Origin: Planctomycetota bacterium
Lineage (GTDB): Bacteria; Planctomycetota; JAZDJP01
DNA: 64,000 nucleotides
Direction of reading: 5' to 3'
Assembly (NCBI GenBank): GCA_043803805.1
Contig: JAZDJP010000031.1
Location: 1,222 to 65,221 of the forward strand
This document shows positions 55,020-61,000 of the stretch, one piece after another. The position numbers and the translations under genes are program-made. A model generated the notes under the pieces. That model saw only the letters and a list, made by a program, of their open reading frames with translations, did no database searches and had not been told where the DNA came from. The first letter of the stretch is position 1, and every line of letters starts with the position of its first letter.

Positions 55020-57044
55020 ATGAACAGCCCCATGAACACCCCCTTCCGAATTCGATTTTCGGTGTTTATCGCGACTGTCCTCGCGGCAGGTTCCGCGCTG
55101 GCCCTCTGGTCCGACAGCGCCTCCGTCGGCGACCCGGTCGTCGTGTGGAACGACGTCCAGAATAATCCCGCCGCCGTGAGCGACGGCGCCGGGGGCGTCA
55201 TCGTCGCCTGGCAGGACGCGCGAAGCGGCGCCGACAACGACATCTACGCCCAGCGGGTGACCGCAACGGGCCCGCAATGGACCGCGGGAGGCATTCCCGT
55301 CGTGACGCTCGCCCAGGACCAGGCGAACCCGGCGGCGGTGTCCGACGGGGCGGGCGGCGTCATCATCGGCTGGCAGGACTTCCGGAGCGGCGCCGACAAC
55401 GACATCCATGCCCAGCGGCTGGATTCCGACGGAAACGCCCTCTGGACCGCCAACGGCGTCCTGGTGACGGGGGCGATCTCCCATCAGGAACTGCCGAAGA
55501 TGATCGCCGACGGCGCGGGCGGGGCCATCCTCGCCTGGCGGGATTCCCGGGGCGGCGTCACCTCGGACATCTATGCCCAGCGCCTCGACGCGGACGGCAA
55601 TCCCCTGTGGACCGCCGACGGCGTCGCCGTGTGCGCCGCCGCCGGCGATCAGGACAAGCCCGTCCTCGTGTCCGACGGCGCGGGCGGGGCCGTTGTGGCA
55701 TGGACGGATCTGCGCGGAGCCGACCGCGACATTTACGCCCAGCGCCTCGACGCGGACGGCAATCCCCTGTGGGCCGCCGACGGCGTCGCCGTGTGCGCCG
55801 CCGCCGGCGATCAGGATCTCCCCGCGATGGTCCCCGACGGCGCGGGCCGGGCGATCGTCGCCTGGCAGGATTACCGGAACGGCGGCGACAACGATGTGTA
55901 CGCCCAGCGCATGAACCCCGTAGGCGCCGCCGACTGGGCGGCGAACGGCATTGCGCTGAGCGCCGCCGCCGGCGATCAACAATCCCCCATCCTCGTCTCC
56001 GACGGCGCCGGAGGGGCGATCGCGGCCTGGCAGGATTATCGGAGCGGCGCCAACAACGACATCTACGCCCAGCGGGTGAACACCTCCGGAGACGTTCTGT
56101 GGACGGCCGGCGGCGTCGCCGTGTCGGCGGCCGCGGGGGAGCAGCGAAATCCCGCCGGAATTTCCGACGGGGCCGGCGGCGCGATCATCGCCTGGCGGGA
56201 CGCGCGGAGCGGCGCCGACGACATTTACGCCCGGAAAATCGGCGCCGACGGCGCCGCCGCCTGGACCGCCGACGGAAACGCCGTCGGTTCCGCCGCAGGA
56301 AATCAACAAGCCCCCGCTCTCGTCCCGGACGGCGCCGAAGGCGCGATCGCGGTCTGGGAGGACCTCCGGAGCGGCACGGAGGACATCTACGCCGCGCGAA
56401 TCCACGCAAGCGGGCTCCTCGGAAGTCCGCCGCCGGCCCCGTCGGGACTTTCCGCCGCGGCCGACTCCGACACCCGGGTGAATCTTTCCTGGACCGACAA
56501 TTCCACCGACGAAACCGGATTTCGGATCGAACGGAGTTCCGACAACATTACGTTCACCGCCGACGGCACGACCGCGGCCGGCGACACGACCTACACAAGC
56601 CCAAACCTTTCCCCCTCCACCGCAACGTATTTCCGCGTGGCGGCTTATAATGGAAAGGGCGATTCGTCCCCCACCGCCGTCGCCAACGCCCTCACGCGTC
56701 CCTCCGCGCCGACGGGACTCACGGCCACCGCCGCCTCCGATTCCGCCGTCAACCTCGCTTGGACAAACGGCTCCGCCCACGACGGCCTTCACGTGGAACG
56801 AAGCACCGGCGGGGATTATTCGGAAATCGCCGCGCCGGACGCCGATATCACCACCTTCGCGGATACCGGTCTTTCTCCCTCCACCACCTACACCTACCGC
56901 CTCCGCGCACACAACGCCAGCGGGTTTTCCGCTTATTCGACAGTCTCTGACGCAACGACGGACAATATCCCGACCGTCGGAACAGGAACAGGAACAGGAA
57001 GTGGAGGCGGTTGCTTTATCTCCTTGCTGAAAAAACAAAAATAG
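55020..57044 (+). CDS. Secreted protein with 9 x ~55-aa repeats, two FN3-like domains and a Gly-rich GGGCFISLL C-terminal tail
   Basis: Signal peptide FSVFIATVLAAGSALA. The repeat consensus is SDGAGG.I.AW.D.R.G...DIYAQR....G...W...G. FN3-like segments LSWTDNSTDETGFRIERS and LAWTNGSAHDGLHVERS. Ends GTGTGTGSGGGCFISLLKKQK. Confidence 0.7.
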   Translation: MNSPMNTPFRIRFSVFIATVLAAGSALALWSDSASVGDPVVVWNDVQNNPAAVSDGAGGVIVAWQDARSGADNDIYAQRVTATGPQWTAGGIPVVTLAQDQANPAAVSDGAGGVIIGWQDFRSGADNDIHAQRLDSDGNALWTANGVLVTGAISHQELPKMIADGAGGAILAWRDSRGGVTSDIYAQRLDADGNPLWTADGVAVCAAAGDQDKPVLVSDGAGGAVVAWTDLRGADRDIYAQRLDADGNPLWAADGVAVCAAAGDQDLPAMVPDGAGRAIVAWQDYRNGGDNDVYAQRMNPVGAADWAANGIALSAAAGDQQSPILVSDGAGGAIAAWQDYRSGANNDIYAQRVNTSGDVLWTAGGVAVSAAAGEQRNPAGISDGAGGAIIAWRDARSGADDIYARKIGADGAAAWTADGNAVGSAAGNQQAPALVPDGAEGAIAVWEDLRSGTEDIYAARIHASGLLGSPPPAPSGLSAAADSDTRVNLSWTDNSTDETGFRIERSSDNITFTADGTTAAGDTTYTSPNLSPSTATYFRVAAYNGKGDSSPTAVANALTRPSAPTGLTATAASDSAVNLAWTNGSAHDGLHVERSTGGDYSEIAAPDADITTFADTGLSPSTTYTYRLRAHNASGFSAYSTVSDATTDNIPTVGTGTGTGSGGGCFISLLKKQK

Positions 57045-57110
57045 TCGAATGGAACCGAGTTTAGTATAATACTCTTATGGGCGGGATGACCTTTCCGCCA
57101 AGGAGAAACC

Positions 57111-57380
57111 GTGCCGACCATATCCATGTTCTTCGGCATCATTGTGTCCATGTACTTCATGGACGGGAAACGTCACAAACGACCGCACATACATGTCCGG
57201 TATCAAAACGATGAAACCGTGATCGCGATCCCCGAGGGCGACGTGTTGGAGGGGACACTCCCCCCCGGCAAGATGAGACTGGTTCTCGCGTGGATCGAAA
57301 TCCACAAGGATGATTTGCTGGCGGACTGGCAACTTGCGTTGAGCGGCCAAACACCGTTCAAAATAGAACCCTTGCGGTGA
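57111..57380 (+). CDS. DUF4160 family protein
   Basis: The N-terminus MPTISMFFGIIVSMYFMDGKRHKRPHIHVRY is characteristic. GTG start after AAGGAGA. Confidence 0.8.
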   Translation: MPTISMFFGIIVSMYFMDGKRHKRPHIHVRYQNDETVIAIPEGDVLEGTLPPGKMRLVLAWIEIHKDDLLADWQLALSGQTPFKIEPLR

Positions 57381-57383
57381 AAC

Positions 57384-57629
57384 GTGAATCCACGCGTCAA
57401 GTCGGTCGTACCCAAAGAGGATTACACGTTGGAAATCACCTTCTCCAACGGAGAGGGCGGCGTCTTCGCGTGTGCCCCTTTTCTAAATTTTGGCGTTTTC
57501 CAAGAACTCCGGGATATCCGATACTTCACACAGGCGTGTGCATCGGGCGGAACCGTCGTCTGGCCTCATGGGCAGGACATTTGTCCCGATACCCTCTATG
57601 AAGATTCCAGAAAACTCGCATCGAAATAA
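57384..57629 (+). CDS. DUF2442 family protein
   Basis: PRVKSVVPKEDYTLEITFSNGE... is typical of the family. It sits 3 nt after the DUF4160 stop, the usual two-gene cassette. Confidence 0.8.
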   Translation: MNPRVKSVVPKEDYTLEITFSNGEGGVFACAPFLNFGVFQELRDIRYFTQACASGGTVVWPHGQDICPDTLYEDSRKLASK

Positions 57630-57636
57630 TTCTTGT

Positions 57637-57777
57637 CGAATCGGCAACAACGCCGGCGGTTATTCCGCCTATTCAACCACGATCACCGCAACAACCACGA
57701 CCGCCGCAACAACGGAAACGGTCGAAGGGAACGGGGGCGGAGGAGGCTGCTTTATCTCCTTGCTACCGAAGGAATGA
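57637..57777 (+). pseudogene. 3' fragment of a paralogue of the 55020 gene (only the FN3 end + GGGCFISLL tail)
   Basis: Reads ...NNAGGYSAYSTTITATTTTAATTETVEGNGGGGGCFISLLPKE*, compared with ...HNASGFSAYSTVSDATTDNIPTVGTGTGTGSGGGCFISLLKKQK*. The 20-nt GGCTGCTTTATCTCCTTGCT is conserved. Confidence 0.55.
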
Positions 57778-58027
57778 GATGGCCCACAGGGAATAATCGC
57801 GTTCACAAGAACCCGTTTTCCCCCTCCAGGGAAGATGAAATTATTATTTAACCATTACCCATTGCAACAAAACTGGTTACATCTTTGAAATGTTCGCAAT
57901 AAATTTGCCGTGGACCGGAAAATATCTTATAATTCCAATAGATTACTAGAATTGCATGAATCGGAAAATCGGCGAACCGGGTATTGGCTGATTTTCCGAA
58001 GGTTTTCCACGCGCGGACGCCGAAACC

Positions 58028-61000
58028 ATGAGTCACAGCGGCACCCCCCACGATGACTTCCTGACCACCTCGGATGTGGCGGGAATGATCGGCGTCACCC
58101 AGGCGACGGTGCTGGAAGCCATCCACCGGCACGATTTAAAAGCCCACCGCACCCCCGGCGGCCATCACCGCGTGTCCAAATCGGAAACCGCCCGGTTTTT
58201 AAAGACGCTCGGCATGGCGCCGGACATCCGCCCCCGGATGCCGGGTGTCGTCAAAATCATCGTACTGGCGTGCTCCCTCCTCTTTCCCGCCGCCGCGCCG
58301 CAGGCCGCCTCGACATCGCTCCGCCCCAATGTGGACACCACCACGGCGAATTGGACCGAAGCCGTCGGCGGCGGCGGGTTCTATGAGGACATCAACGACG
58401 ATCCCGATGCCGCCAACGACGCCGATTACATTCAGGGCCAGAACAAAACGGACTTGAGTTCCATGTTCGAACTCACGAATACCCCCGCCGATTTCGCCGA
58501 CGCCACGTCCGTAGACATCAATTTCCGCCACATGGAAAACTCCACCGGCAACGACACGATCAACATGTATTACCAGATTTTCGAGTCCGATGGCGTCACG
58601 GCCATCACCGCCGAAAGCGCCGTCCGCCTGGCGCCGGCAGGGGCGTGGGAAACGGTCAGCCGCAACGTGGCGATCACGGGAACCAATATCAAAACCACGT
58701 GGAACGGGGCCAAAATCCGCATCCGCCAAGATTACACCTCGAATCCGCCCGCCGATGGAACCTCCCAGGTCCGCGTCTCCGCCATCGAGGCAAACATCAC
58801 CTACACCCCCACGTTCATCTGGACGGGGGGCGGCGACGGAAGCAACTGGAACGACACCAACAACTGGAGCGCCCCGGAGGCGGGCGAGTACCCCGGCCAG
58901 GACGATACAACTGACATCGCCTACATAGAGGGCAACTACTCCGTCACCGCCAACGCGAGCGTCACCGTCGGCGCCATCAAGCTTGACGCCGGATCCACCA
59001 TCACGATGAACACCGGGATCACCCTGACGGTTTCCGACGACATCATCGTCCTGAACAACGGCGACGGCGAGGCCCTGATCACCGGGGAAGGAACCCTCAA
59101 GTGGACCGTCGTCGCCGCCGGGACCCCCGCCCTCACGTTTCAGGACTCGGACGGATCCGACACCCTGAAAATCTCCAACCTCACCATGGACGATTCGGCC
59201 ACCGCCGGCGCCACGATCACGCTGGCCGGCACCACCAGCGTCACCATCACGGGCAACCTGACGCTGAACATCGCCGACAACGCCACGGCCCTCTCCATTC
59301 CCAACACCTTCAACTTCAAGGTCCAGGGATCCTTCGTGTGGACGAACGGCAACATCCTGTTCGGCACCAGCAACGCCAACGCCGCGACGCTGGAACTGCC
59401 CTCCATGACCATCCCCGCGACGGCCTCTCTCGTCGTCCAGGGGAACACCGCCCCCGTGTACATCCGCGGCGATCTCACCATCAACGGCACCCTCGATCTC
59501 CAGGGCGATACCATGCCCTTCGACGTCGGCGGCCACTGGATCCACAACAACGGCGCCACGCTCTCCAACATCACGTCGGCCGTCATCATTCTCTCGGGAG
59601 GCGGCCAGGAAATCCGGGGAACGGACGCGGTCGGAACGCCGTTCGGCAACCTCCAGATCACCGGCAACATCACCCTGAACAGCACCGCGATGGCCATCAC
59701 CTGCGCCAACTACTTCCAGATCAACGCGGGCGGGACGTTCAACTTCGGAAGCGGCTCCGTCACCATCACTGGAGCAGATCCGAACGGCATCTTCACCAAC
59801 AAGGGCACCGTGAACCTCAACACAGGCACCCTCACCGTTTCGAATAACTGGATCGACGACGGCACATTCAACGCCGGGACCGGAACGGTGATCGTCAACA
59901 CGGGCGACGGAGTGGAGATCGGCGGCACCTCCGACATCCACACCTTCTGGAACTTCACCGTCAACAAGAACATCGGGGCCTTCTGCGACGTCCAGTCCGG
60001 GGACAGTCTCGTGGTGAACGGGCTCCTCTACGTCCAACGGGGCATTCTCCGTTGCAACAACTCCAACGACAGCATGACGCTGAACGGAACCCCGACCAGT
60101 TTCCGGATGGCCGACGACGCGAACGCCGAATTCCGGGCCCGCACCGGCGGCAGCAACCCCACGCTGGCCTGCGCCGGCGACTTCACCCTGGACGGGGCCG
60201 GCAACGGCAAGTTTCGAATGCTGTACGGCACCATCACATTCAACGGCGCCACCGACTCCACCATCACCACCCCCAACCCGGCCAATGACACCCGTGATTT
60301 CGCCAACGTGGTCGTCGCCAAGACCGGCACGGGGCGGGTGATCCTGAACTCCGCGATCCGGGTCGACGGCTCGATCGGCGGCGATCTCACCATCAACAAC
60401 GGACTCCTGGTCTTTGGAGCGAATACCGTCAACCTGACGGGCAACTTCTCCAACCTCGCCGCCGACGCCGGCGAGGGCTTCGACGCCTCGAACGCCGCCT
60501 CGGCGCTCACCTGGATCGGCCTCACCGGCGCCACCCGGGACCTCAACACGGGCGAGGACCCCCTCAACATTCTGACCGTCACCGGCGCCGATGCCACCGC
60601 CACCCTGCGCCTCACCAGCCCCATCGAGGTCGGCGCGGCGGCGCCCGCCGTCACCGCGTTGAGCGTCACGGCCGGGAATCTCGACCTGAACGGATACGTC
60701 GTGTCCGTCGAGGCGGGGGAAAAATTCGAGTTTAATTCAAACGGCGGCACCCTCACCGCCGCCACCGACGGCAGCGGCTTCACCCGCCGGGGGGCGAGCG
60801 GAACGTTTTCGTTTGAATTCAAACAGGGCATCATCAACATCACCAGCCTCACGTTCTCCAGCGCCGACAACAACGGATTTTACGTCAACGCCAGCGGCGC
60901 CGTCACGTTCACCAACTTCGACAATGTGAGATTCACCAAGGGCACCACCACCCACATGAAGATCGGCCTGAACGGCGGCGCCATCACCTACACCGACGCC

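Noticed and set aside
55017-57038. 673-aa minus-strand ORF, and the 457-aa + frame ORF 55277..56650.
   Set aside because: Both are alternative frames of the 55020..57044 repeat-protein gene. Their products are Arg/Gly/Pro runs without signal or domain features.
57848-58132. 94-aa minus-strand ORF upstream of and overlapping the giant gene start.
   Set aside because: It overlaps the recognisable HTH-coding segment on the + strand and the AT-rich promoter region, and has no motifs.
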